Assembly (NCBI GenBank): GCA_965637545.1
Contig: OZ281501.1
Span: forward strand, 13,702,001 to 13,766,000
Direction of reading: 5' to 3'
Length of the DNA stretch: 64,000 bases
From: Phallusia mammillata
Taxonomy: Eukaryota
The position numbers were made by a program, and so were the translations under genes. Below the pieces are notes generated by a model. The model ran no database searches, was not told the DNA's origin, and was given only the letters and a program-made list of their open reading frames with translations. The stretch's first letter is position 1. Every line of letters starts with the position of its first letter. This document shows, piece after piece, positions 50,245 through 63,200 of this stretch.

Positions 50245-50888
50245 CTTTATTGTCTACACATAGACTAATCATTTGGATTAAAAAGGCTTTCACTGTTCCG
50301 TACTTTTGCTTAGCTTGGTCCGCTATCAAAACATTTTTTCAAAGATACAAGTACGTTTTGCTTGCAGCAATTTTTTTTAAATGCCCAAACCTTTGCGTGA
50401 TCTTTTATCGTTTTTTGCTGTTATAGAGACCATCAAAGTTAAGAGATTGACACACTGATATATTATGATCACTCTTAGAACACATTTTAATAGTTTCAGC
50501 AAAAGTAGGTGAGTCCAAGCAAAATTTTGCATTTCTTTTGCTAACTTAAATCATGACAAAAATTGAACATACATAACAAAAGATTCGTCGCACTTGATGC
50601 TCGTCAAATTAAAAAGCTGAGATGTGTTTTGTTTGTATTTCCTGTCTGACCACGTACCTAGTCGTCCCATTAATAATGTACATGATCTATAGGTGTATAC
50701 TTCTAGATTTAATGATTTGGTAGCCATAGAAAAATTGGTCTTTCTGTATATTCACACATAGTAGCAAAAAACACAAGAAAGAACAAGTGAAAGCAGTTTT
50801 ATTAGAATAAACGAACGTGAAAAAGTCAGCGAATCGCGCTAACTGTATAAAATGGCGGGAACCGAAGGATTGCACGAACGTAACTGCG

Positions 50889-53665
50889 TCAAAAAAGTTG
50901 CCACTGCCCCAGGATCAAGTCTTTGATTCCTTTTACGTATTGCGCTGGTACCCAGTATATCCAATACCTGAATAAATCAAAATCAAAAAAAAATTCCTTC
51001 AAAAAAAATTTATTATGTTGATTGAATCAGTAAATTTTAATCTAGCGACGTAAACATTTATAAAATACCGGCAAAAGACTGAAGACAAAGCTTACTCGTA
51101 AACAAAACCAATAATCCAGTAAACTTGGCTATTTTGAGATATGACTTGCATTGGTATATAACCTTTAAATTTTGTGAAAGAACAGACCATAATCGCAAAA
51201 TTAACAGCAGGTAAAGTACCAAGGGTATGTTTAACTATTTGATAGTCGCAATAAACATTGTGGTACAATCACACAGCATTGTACCTGCTTTGTTCCGTCG
51301 GGCCTCTCTGTAGCGCCAACATGTGGTATTCTTCATGACCGTGAATTGGTTCGGATACAACTTGTTTGATGGACGTCATATTTACTTTGTCTGTGCGTTC
51401 TTTAGTTCCAATCCATACTTGATCAGATTCTAACTTGAACGTAAGACGAACCTGCGTTTAATAAACAAATTTTTTTCACACTTTTACGGAGCTTTTTATT
51501 TAATGCCCATTTTTAGTTCATAACATTGCAATGAAAAACAACAAGTCATACACTTTACTAAAATACTTCAACAGAACTTACTACATTTCTTTTAGAGTAA
51601 GGAAAAGAAAAAATAAGGAAAAATCATGAACAGTAAAACAAACTGTTTGCAAACCAAAAGGGTGTCTTTAAACATTTTGTTTTACACACACATATATTTT
51701 TTTGAAAAGGGAAGAAAATTTGTCTGCTTTGTTACCACATTTTTAACTTTGGGTCCTATATTGTTGTTTTTGTACAAGGTTCCTCAAAAAAGTTTCCACA
51801 AGATTTTTACCAGCAAAGTACAATACATACTACAAAGAGTAATATACAGAAATTTAAATTGCTCAATAAAATATTTCCACTACCTCACATTTTTAAAAAT
51901 GTTTAATAATTTTATCGGTTTTAGGAACCTAGAGAGTCAAACGCAAACATGCATATCACAATGCAATGTTACACAAAAAGTCCCACCTATGTAGGGCAAG
52001 TGCTGAAACTAAAGGGTCCCAAAGCGATAGGCACACCACAATAGCATGTGGTTACTGTCCAAATGATTTGCAAAAGTTGTGATTTGATATGTTATATATA
52101 TATCCATAATAGTCAAACACTACAATAGAAGTGTGAAAACTTATTCAACCGAATTAAATAAAAAAAGATTTTATGCATCACAAAAAGCTAGATGAGTGAT
52201 TGACTAATTGTTGGAGAGGGGAAGCTTAAGGCCCAGTTAAACATACACACAGCCAAGCTGAAGAAAAAAAAAACAAACACACTGAAATGTGACTATTTGA
52301 AACTGCTTATGTGTTGCCTTTTTGAGCATTTGCATTAACACACACAGTTTAAACAATAAAGGTACTAATTCTGTGTTAATAAATACAGAAACCATTCAGG
52401 CAGTTCAAAATCCAACTAGGTTATTTCACCTTTTAACCTTTGACTTACAAAACGTGAGACATACAAGTTACAAAAGCTGTACCTTATGTCCATATTTGTT
52501 GACCATTCCACACAAAGGAACTTCGGGTAAATTTTCATGGCCATTTTTGTATGCTGGCATTGCATCATCAGGAATGCCCCCATCTACTATCTACATACAT
52601 TTGTTAATATTTTCAGTTAAAAACTGTAAAACAAGTTCTTGCAATTAAATACTTTGGCATGTGGCTTTTGTTTTGATAAAGGTTCTTTTTTGGGTTTCTC
52701 TTCCTCCGCTGAAGAAGAGGGTTTGTCACTTGCTTTAGTTGTTGCTAATATAACATCAGTAAGTTTTGACCCAACCAACATCATCTTGGATCCGTTCACT
52801 ATTCCAGCTTCCGACAATTTTTGCTCATCTTTCACCAAACCTACAAGCAGCTATATTATAGCTTAACGAATTGAAGTGACTGAATTTGTGTTTATGCTTT
52901 GTTCCTTGTTTTACTTGCCATATTATTATGATGTCTTGTTATTATTGTTTGTGCTGGCATAAATGTACATTTAATACAGTTCAATTTATTTTTTGAAGTC
53001 ACACATATGTACATTTTGCAAAAAAAAAAGCATCCAAGATAGGCAAACATCCATCACTATGACATTAATCCATATTTATTTTTTACATGAGCTGAAAAGG
53101 TGTGTCAATCTTTTTGAAATGGGCTTCAATTGACTGCAATTTGACTAGGTTTACTCATAGCCACTTTTACATCAGTTACACACTTAGGTGCAAAGTGGAA
53201 ACGCTAAAATGTTTTTGCAAACATTGTTTTATCAAAAGTTGATTAGATGAGATTATGTCCTGCAACAACTACAACATTTTGCAATAACTGGATCAACACC
53301 TTGTGCATTAAACATGACACATAGCTCGGCAGAAGATGTTTGCACAATACTACATTTGCATTTGGTATTATCAAAATCAATTTACAAGTTCACAAAATAC
53401 CTTTGAACATCAACTTTTGCAGTGCAGGGGGAACTCCAGTTGTGTCATGTAAATGTGCTTTTAGATTTGCAATTGTGTCACTTGCGCTCCAGGAAATTTT
53501 AAGTTTTTGCTTGTTGAAAACTACAAGAAAGGATATGTTGTCTGCAACAGGAGTTTCTTTAATCTGCTTTGCATTGTTAGCCTCCGCTGCGTCTCCTTTT
53601 GTGGCTTCGACGTTATTTTCCGCTAAAGTTGTTTCTTCTGTGGTGGTCGTAGATGTTTCTTCCAT
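50889..53665 (-). CDS. UBFD1: Ubiquitin domain-containing protein UBFD1 (268 aa)
   Basis: Exons 53665-53401, 52840-52653, 52590-52483, 51451-51285, 50967-50889 (807 nt, in frame). Ubiquitin-like domain (TGVPPALQKLMFKG...GSKMMLVGS) and a C-terminal domain (KVRLTFKLE.DQ.WIGTKERT, EPI.GHE.YHM, YW.YWVP.QYV..IKD..LG.WQ) typical of UBFD1. Confidence 0.95.
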
Positions 53666-53856
53666 TTTATTACAAATGACTCGTGTTACTGTACATTACA
53701 ATCAATACAAAAAATACCATTAATAAACGTTTGACAATTACAAGACAAAAACTGTGTTTACATGTCGCAAGTCGCGTAACTGCGCACGTGTGTTGTCGCA
53801 TGTCGCGAACTTTTTCCAAACGCGACCAAGGAAGAAAGAGATGTTTTAGACATGAT

Positions 53857-54328
53857 CATGGGAGTCCGCAGCGGGGGGCAAGAGGGGGCGCGTGCCCCCC
53901 TCTGGAAAAATGAAAAACGCAAACGGTCGAAAAATTCGCAACTTAAAATAAAACATGATAAACATTCACACAGTGTTATACAAAAACTATTCCTGGAACG
54001 TAAATTGAAGGCGTCGTGGGACTCCACCCTGTTAAACACGCCCAATACAAGCTGTAACTGTAACAAAACAGGATGAAGTTTTACAACAAATTAAATGAAT
54101 CTAACATCATTACTTAACAATAGTTCGCTAACAAGCATTATTACGTCATTGTTTGCCAACCCACTTCAGTGATAGTTGATATTGTATTTATTGTGCTATT
54201 TTGCTACTTTGGGATTGGCAAGAATGAGTAGCACTGTCGGATGATTTTTGTTATGAAATGCCGTTTATCAACCAGCGATGTGACGATAGTATTGCCCTCC
54301 CCTGTATGTTATCCTGCGGACGCCCATG
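53857..54328. mobile_element. hAT-family MITE, 472 bp, about 190 bp upstream of the UBFD1 ATG
   Basis: 15-bp TIR CATGGGAGTCCGCAG / CTGCGGACGCCCATG with 1 mismatch, and perfect 8-bp TSD GACATGAT at 53849-53856 and 54329-54336. Confidence 0.92.
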
Positions 54329-54383
54329 GACATGATGAACTGTAAACAGTTATTAGAAATCTATGCAACAATTTTTACATAAA

Positions 54384-55398
54384 TCACTCAATCCAAGTGG
54401 AAAGTTTATAGTGCCGTTTCCAAACCATGTCGTGGGGACTAGAATTAAAATTGTAAACGAAAACCTTTACGTACTCGAATTTTTATTAGTGTTTCAGCAT
54501 TCAAATGTACCAGTTGATATTGCATCGCCTGTAAATGTAAATATTACAACAACAGTAACACATTTTAAGTTGGCCTCCTTCGCCACCGATTTTTCACGGG
54601 TCGTTGCACGATGCACCAAGGATATTAAAAAGCTTTCAAAAGGCCCACCAAAACAAATAACAATGTGACATGGCAACTTTAAAAGCATATTTTATTATCC
54701 AATACGATATGCTGACTACTAAGCCTCCGAAAGGTTTATGTTTTTTTTATGAAGACCACACGACGCCTTTTGTCGCTGGTTTCAATTTAAACACACAATG
54801 CCATATTTTTATTCAAAGAGTGTATTTCTCCTAAAAATTACTCGTAAAGCAACCGAGGCCTTCGGGGGTAGTTTCTCTCAATGGACACTGAAATTGAAAG
54901 GTAAATTCCGAAAACAACCGGATTTGCATGTGACGTGAATTGCCACATTGCAGAATTACGGCTCCGACAAAATTTTTGTGACTATCAATACCATGTTATG
55001 CAAGTACAACGTACCGGGGGTGCCCCTTATGATATGGTATGTTGTTGCTCGTAACAACAATTCAGCTTCGATGTTTAATTTATTAATTAGCTTCAAACAT
55101 TTTCTCCACAAAAGCAGGACAATTTCCCACGACAATCGCAGTCAATTAGTTCACCAACTTGACGAATGTGGTGCGTGGTACATTTTGAAAGATAACTGCG
55201 ATACCACGGCGGCTGTCCACACCATATGCCAAAATCTGACCAGAAAAAAAACCGCCCAATATTTTTTCTCTTGACCCGATAAACTTATTGATATAAATTC
55301 GTTGTCTTTGAGCATCTTAGTCACATTTTCGTGTTTTACGTTAAGTGTGGTTAGGCCTTTGTCGGCAGTTTATGGTCAAATAAACCTGGGCAATCCAT
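54384..55398 (-). CDS. Tentative small protein (94 aa), six short coding exons, unknown function
   Basis: Exons 55398-55386, 55235-55159, 55090-55015, 54887-54842, 54528-54511, 54438-54384, all GT-AG with introns of 68-313 bp and consistent phases. Translation: MDCPDFGIWCGQPPWYRSYLSKCTTHHIRQLINKLNIEAELLLRATTYHIIRGTPVSIERNYPRRPRLLYERCNINCPHDMVWKRHYKLSTWIE. No homology recognised, and the splice sites were chosen by hand. Confidence 0.4.
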
Positions 55399-57133
55399 GG
55401 TCCGAGTGCTGTGTGATGTGTGTACAGGTACCTGAAAGTCGTAAAAGTTAATCAGTTATTTTGTTGAAAATTTGCCTTAAAAGGTTTTGTTTGGAAATCA
55501 AGGGCAATTCGGTAGCAATATTTCAACACAAATCATGGCAAACGTTTCAAATAAGACGCAACAGACCTATTCTTTTTCGTTAGTTCGATCACAATATGTA
55601 ACCACCTGATTCAGTGTGGCGCCTTTAATTGGCCTGGCGTAGCCTGCTGTGATTCAATCACAATACGAATGATAGCTTAGGCTTACTTCAGACAAATGTG
55701 GCGATTACCGGCTTAAGCTGTAAATACTGTTTATTTAAAATGATTTTACCTGTTGTCAAATAAATCATTAATGAGATATGAAGTACACATACGACTTGAC
55801 GTAAGCATGTTAGCAAGCTTTGGTCATTTGCCACTACACCATCTAACGGAAAGCATTACTCCACAGTCGGCAACTAAACTGCGCTATAGACGTGCTATGT
55901 TGTCGACGCTGAACTATAATATTTTAAAACATACGAGTTTAAGAAACATCTCAGTTTAAACACATGTAGCACTTATTTGATTGTTGCATGCAAAAAAACT
56001 ATTTTAAACTAAGTTATCTACGCGTACAAACTTGCAAAATTGGTAACTTTAGTGGTGATTAGGCTAAAATAGTTTTTCTATCAGCGGAAGTTTAAACTAT
56101 TCGGCGTACGAACCAAATATACTACGACTTGTTTGTTTTTGGTAATGAGCATTTACCAGCAATACAAAAAAGGTCGCAATAAAATCAAGAAAGCCGGCGA
56201 AAAGTGAAAGAGAGCGCCGGGGAGGGTTGATTGAATTCCGATTGATCGCCAAGAGCTTCATTTGTGACGTAACAGCGGTAGAGCGAGCGTCAACAACGCG
56301 AGCAATTCGCGTGCGCAGGTCGACCACGGCAGTTGAGTAGCTGCGTTGCTCGACGGAGGTAATCCCTGTAGACGTGTAGGTTGCAGTTCAAACTTGCTGT
56401 TAAGTCAATAATCAAATGCGGACTGTTAACTTGAAGTGCTTATTTAGTAAAGTTGACGCAGTGGGTATTAAAAAGGCAGCGAAAATGTTTGGTCGGATCG
56501 GTTTTGTTCCTAAACGAAGCCCGATGTTTTAGTAAGGGAATTGCGGGAAATGGTCAAGCACTCAAAGGGCTAACGCATGCCGCAAATGGCCGCGCTGTTG
56601 GCTGAAGTGGTTACGTTTTATTTGATTTCTTATCTATTGTTTTGTTGTGGTATTTCAACCATTGTGCTCCTCAATGGTAATGAAGTTTTAGAAAGCAATT
56701 GCCTTTTCGTTCTTGTGTGACCTTTCACACCTACTGCACATGGTATTTAGTTTGTTTGTTCATGCAAAGTTGGAAATACTTGTTGTTTTTATTTGAAAAT
56801 CAATGACCCACACTACTGGTGGCATTAATAAGCTGGGTTTCAATCAATTCGCAATGATTTTCACACAATACAGTTTCAGTAGGTTATTTTTGGTTACATT
56901 ATTAAATAGTAATTGTCAAATATTAGTAATTTCATGTCATGCCATGGCCTTTGCGTTGCAAAAACAAGATGAAAATACCTTTTCATTGCCTGAATTTAAA
57001 GCACTGTGTAGCATTTATACATAATTTAGTGATTTGTGCATGTCTGGTAAAGAGTTACACAACCATAAACAATGTGGAAAATGCACATTGTTTTTCCACA
57101 TGCAAAATATCTAAGGATTTTCTTTGTTATTAG

Positions 57134-57259
57134 ATTGAACAGTAGATTATTACAAAACAAATTTTATGAGGTGTTTCATCTATTATGGAAGTGGATCTTA
57201 CACAATGAAGCACTTTTTGGAAAGTTTTGTTTTGGCTGGATTACTTTTGCAGGCATATG
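57134..57259 (+). CDS. Candidate signal-peptide exon of an unidentified gene (ATG at 57205)
   Basis: Polypyrimidine acceptor at 57133, strong donor ATG|GTAAGA, and MKHFLESFVLAGLLLQAY ending in phase 1. Downstream exons are not resolved. Confidence 0.3.
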
Positions 57260-60200
57260 GTAAGACTATTGCTTTTGTAATTTAAAACACATTAAATTTC
57301 CTTTAACACAATCATGTATGATGTTTATGCTTTTACTCCAGTGTTGTTTGTAAATGAAAATAACTATTCGAGGAAAACCTCCGAACTACAAAACTGACCA
57401 AATGTTCCAGTAGTTCTAAAAATTGAAACTCCAAATTAAACAACAACACAGAAAAACCTGAATTCTGTAAAAAAGATACTTAGTTTTGTGTAGTATGTGT
57501 ATTTAGTTTAAGCTTATTTGAGTGGCCAAACGTTTTCAACCATTAACTACAATTTAACCAGGAAAAAGTTTAAATCCATATGCTTTAATTTTTGGATTTT
57601 ATGTGAAAAATATTGTTTCTATGAATTGTTTCTATTCTGTCGTCACCAAGTGATACATGCTCATAAGACATGGCACACCGCATCAAAATCTCATGGCACA
57701 CATACGGATAATCACAACGCGGCCTTCACGTGCCAACAACGGCACACGAACAGAGATAAAAACTTGCGATTGCAATTAGCCAGAGGCGGACTTAGCTTAC
57801 AAAGGTGGAACTAATCGTACGAGATGCGACTGTGTTTGTTATGTGTGCGTGCGTTGCGATATCCGCACAGCCAGTGGCGATTCGCCCTTCGTTATTACCT
57901 GGCCATGGAACGCACCTATAGGTCGTGGTGTATAATCTGCCATGGCTTAAAATTGCACTAAGAGTCGTTGATTTTTGGTATAGTTATGTTATCTTCATCT
58001 GCGTAAAACCGTATTTTTATGTAAAGCTGCTCTTTTATTAAAGAATTCAAAAAACAAACAAACGATAAAAGTATTGAAATAGTGTTTTTCAGTCTTATGT
58101 CGTGTACAGGCAGGTAAACAATAACGAATATTGATGACCCGTCGGTTGTTCCGCATGACAATCGCTTGTTTTCTTCAAGCTAACCTGTGAATCACCATAT
58201 GTTGTGGCTTTGTAATCGTCACCCTGGCGTATGTACAGGCAATTATGCCACGCTCGTAGTTAAATATACCGAGTAAATTTCATCCAACACGACTTATATC
58301 TTGTTTCGGACCCAGAATAAAGTGGAAATCTTTCAACAAAACTACACAGTTCTTGCGGTGCAAAACCTCTGCTTATGACCTTCGTGCCAAATCAGTGCCA
58401 CTAAACGACAGCAGCGACCCCAGTTATTGCAATTTGCCCTTTTCCATTTGACCGTTCTCAACCCCGTTCCCACGGAAATTGTTGAAAGGCACATACACGC
58501 GTCAATACGGCAACTGGCACATTGATATCTTGGCGCCCAATCCACCAATTCTTCTGCGCTACTGCTTCCTTTTGCTTTGTATTGATTGAATGACATCCGA
58601 CAAATTGGGGTAAAAAATAATGGTTTCATATTGGGGCCATATTTTTGCAGGCTAATAGCTCCCCAAGGCATGCTACATCCTGACGGTCGGTGGTCATTAA
58701 ATATTAATGCAATCGCCCAGCGACACCTTGTAATATAGACGTGAAGCGATTTAGGGAATTAATCATTTGTGAGTACTGATATCAATCTTCGATAGAGCAT
58801 TGAAGGTCACAATTTTTGGTCCATTCTTTGAAGAAATCTATCCGATTCGTTGTTTTATTGTATTCACGCATTTATAGAACCCTAATGTGTAATACATACA
58901 AAATGGTTAAATGTATGTTTGTGCAGAAAATGTCGACAAAATTTGTTTAAAATGACTAAAAAGGTATTCTCTAAATACGCATATAACCTCCAGTTTCAAA
59001 GTAACAGATACCAAAATAGTTTTCGATATCCAAGTCACTAGTGACGTTCTATACATTGAATCCATACGTATTCTGTTAGAAAGACCTATCATTGAACGTT
59101 ATTTTTATTTGTACCTACTTCTGATGTATTTTGGTAATGATTTTGGTATTGGTACGCTTTCTTTAGAACATCCCTTCGGTTACTAACGCCACTCGAAAAT
59201 AGCAAACCTTCACTGCTTTAAATATAACCTGTCAATCATTAATCTTTTCCGTCGCCATAAAAAACTACCTGGGAGTCAGTCAACCAGTCGTCAAGCCGTT
59301 TTTATGTTTGTTTTTGCTTTGGTATGGTGAAAAAATGTAACTGTCATGTTCGCAAGGGACTAGGGCGCGCTCGTAGAATATCCAATTCCCCTTCAATAAT
59401 TCAAACACAAGACTCTTTTGCTAAACCTGGACGTGCGCGGACAGATTGATATTTCCGAAGCTTGGCATAATTTCAAAGAAGGCGTTTTGTTACAAGATTG
59501 CTGTTACGGGTGACCTTTGCATTAGGGAAACTCGATTTAAATTTCATCAATATGCCAGAGCAATGTCACATTAGCAAGTGTAAAACTACTACATCTGTCA
59601 CGTATTTTCCTGTATTCAAATACCATCAATATATCGTTTTCTATGAGTTTATTTTGGCAGCACAATCCACCATGAGGTACTAGTAATTATTGCTATTTGA
59701 CGATCACTTAAAAAGGTTCTAATAAAATGTATCTTTTTGGTTAAAGCTGATAGTGATAACATTGATGTTTGCTTAGGCATGAACCTTGACGCTGGTGTTG
59801 TTGTGAAACGTCTAAGAAACGGTCTATGACGTCAATGTTTGAGTATCTATACGAGGCACGGTGTTATAAAACATGTTTTGTTGTTCTGCCGCTGCAGGCG
59901 TAAAGGTCTTGCGCCAGCGTTATGGTGGTAACGCGTTGTTAAACGCTAACACATGCCTACATAATGGACATATTGTCTGCATTACCATGGTATTTTCCTT
60001 GTAAATGAACAGATGTTTTACTACTAGTGTTCGGAAAACCTTAGCTAAGGAGACAAAAAACGAGCTTCTTTGGAGTTGTCGTTTCTAGGGGTAACAGTCA
60101 CAAACTGTGAAAAGGTACAGTCCTAACAAATCAATAGATCGATATTTGCCGTTTACCTTCTCGTAACATTTCCGTGCTGCTAATTTAATACCGATCGAGT

Positions 60201-63200
60201 CTGGCCTTTACTTGGAAGGAAGCCTTGTGTCATTGGGTGTGATGAACTGTCCAAGTTGACAACCTTGGCTTTGGGATGTTTTCTGTGTCCCTAGACTTAT
60301 GTGCAATCGTGTTTGTTGACACAGTTTAACCATGTTTGTGTTTTTGCACCTGCTTGTTTACGACAAAATAAGAGTTAAATGATTAACCATGTACAAAGGT
60401 CATTACAAACGGTATTTTTTCACCCGAACTCGTGCAATCTATAAATACAACCCTAATGAAGTTTGTTGCATTCGTTGTACATGGTATAATCATTTAGCTG
60501 TAATTTGTCGTAAACAAACACGTTGTCCGTCGTTGAAAACTGGGCCCGTAATTTTCACTCAACGCGACCTTTCAGATTTCTTACGGATGACTGCATACGT
60601 CTCATTTAAAGGCCCCTTAGGTGTGCAAATTATACTTACAGCAGGGAGGTCTACACTTCATGCGTCTTAGCCATTTAAGACCGATTTTCTTGCTGCCCAT
60701 GAGCCTTGTACCTAACCAGCCTGGTAAATCGATGTGGTTAAATATCGAGTCAACCAAACCGCCATTGCCGATCAATCAATTGCAGTGATTCAGCGAATGC
60801 GCCATCCCGCAAGTTGTTTACCGACACCAGTTTAGTGACACAATCCCTATAAACCAGCGAGTTTGTCATACTTGTGGTTATGGGCGTCATTTCGATGGTG
60901 GAAAGTGGGGATTTGGAAACACCTAAAAGGCAATTCTTAGTCATTCAAGTTTTGCAATGGCACCGCTAGTAAATTCTCAGCGCATTCTACGCACCAAAAT
61001 GAAATCCACAATTAAAAGGAAAATTTTGTAATACTTGAAGTGGGTATCATAATGTACTAAATATGCGTTTTTGGTAAAACTATACTGTAAGTAAAAATAC
61101 TTGTATATAGGTACGAATTCACTATCACTTCCATTAAATATTTTGTAGGCCATGTTGACGAAAAAATTTTTTTTTAGGTGATATGTGCAGGGGTCGGGTG
61201 ATATGTGCAATCCCAGTAACAAACTTCGCGGAAAATATGAACCTTATTCAGATGCGGTCAAAATATCGCTAGGATTAAATCCGAGTTTTTCCGCAAGGAT
61301 AATGTCACTTTTAGACCTGTGCAGCATTCCACACGGTTTTCAACTTCTCTTATCAGATAGTTCTGAGTGCTCGCTATCAGTCTATATTAGGCCAGCCTGC
61401 GTAACAAAACCATTAAAGTAGTGTGTTACTATTAGTGCGCCAAAACAGGACAAAAACCTGATGCGTTTTGTGCAGAATTTTGTATTTCACCTGTATTCTC
61501 AATATCGTATGCATGACGGTTACGAGGTTACTACATTTTGCTCGTAGCGTATGCAAGCGAACTCGTACCATACAAATTTGCGTGTTGCACATAAAATTGC
61601 CCTGTTTGTGTACATTGCCTAGTTATATGCAGCTGGACAGCCATTCAGTGCGTACAAACTTATACACTTAGCATTGTACGCAACTAAAATAATCCACATT
61701 TGGAATCCATGTATTACGAAACAGCACAGGTTCACTGAGGGTCATACCGCTACAACAGCCAAGTGGGTCGTCGTGGTTACCGCCTTCTGACCAATCGTCC
61801 TATTTGGGTCTACTTATCACGCGATTTTCAGCCCGCAGCACACCCCAAAGAGGGTTCACTTTACGCTTGTGGATCTTGTGCTTTTCGAGGTGGCCGTGCG
61901 AAAGCGCTCCGTAATTCGGCTAATCAACCATGAAATTCCGGGCATTCTGCATCAATTCGTATCGTAACTTGCGACGACCGTAAACGTGGCATTTGACTAG
62001 TCATGCCGGGCGCCTGTGACTTGTCGCCATTGGCCTGTTGGACACGAATTCACTATTAGGGTTCGCGCCAGCGGTTAGGCCCCCGCACTGCTCCCGTGTG
62101 TGTACTTTAAGCCGTGTCGCAACTGTCAGAGGAATTTAACCGTTGAATGATACACGGGTGTCTGGCGTCAGTGCAAACAGCTCAAAAGTAAGATTGCTTG
62201 ACCTTGTCGACAAGAAAATGATCCCTACTACAAGTGTACATTACGTAACAGTTGATGTGTTTTTCTAGTTACTACTTGAAAACATAGTTATTCCAATTAG
62301 TCAGTTTTATTGTTGATATTTTTGTAAAGTATAAGTGTGGATCAAAACGGCTTTTAATCCGTACATTTGCTGCCAAATATATTGATGTAAAAATACCAAA
62401 ATTATTCTTATGATTGAAAGTTAAAAACTGATTAAAAAACTATAAACTTGGGTGTTGCCATATTTTAATGAATATATCCATCACAAATTCATTTAAAATG
62501 TGAACGTTTTATTGACTCCATTCCACCTGTCCCGCGCCTAGAGGCAACAAAGGATATTGATCACATCACAGGTCATCGATTTTGCCTGCGCCGCCTGAAC
62601 GTTTAGTACGTATTAAGGTGAAATTATATCTCGCATACACTTGATGCACCTGAGGACCCAGTTCAAAGAGCCATTCGGGTTCACTGTACCATTTCTGCCT
62701 TATGTCGCTTCAAAATTGCCTTTTGTATGTGTAAATTGTGGTTGCCGCATGTGATGTATATTTTATTATGAAATATTGGCTTGGTTTATCACGTTTTGGT
62801 ATTGTATACCTTTGTTACCCACAAAAATACCTGCAAAAACTGATCCAAGTCAAATGTAAATCATACTTAAATTAAAATTACGCCTAACGTTTTTTTAAGA
62901 TAGCAACTCTTTACTAGCAATAAGTTTTACACAAGGTTTTTCTTAAAACGGTGCTGTAGTGGCATGTAAATTTTAGTTTTTGTATGCAGTTCATACCGAT
63001 AGTAGTTAAAGTCAAATCGGATAATGCTGTTGGAACGAAATTTTTCGAACGTAAAGTTTATTTGCATTTTTTGTCAAAACATCAAAGAGAACGGCGCGAC
63101 TTGGTATCTTCCCATAGGCTGTTGGCCCTCAGCGCTTTACAGTTATTGCTCTTGACGCCGCGAACCGTAGCGAAGTGATTTCTTCACGGAGGTCTTAAGG

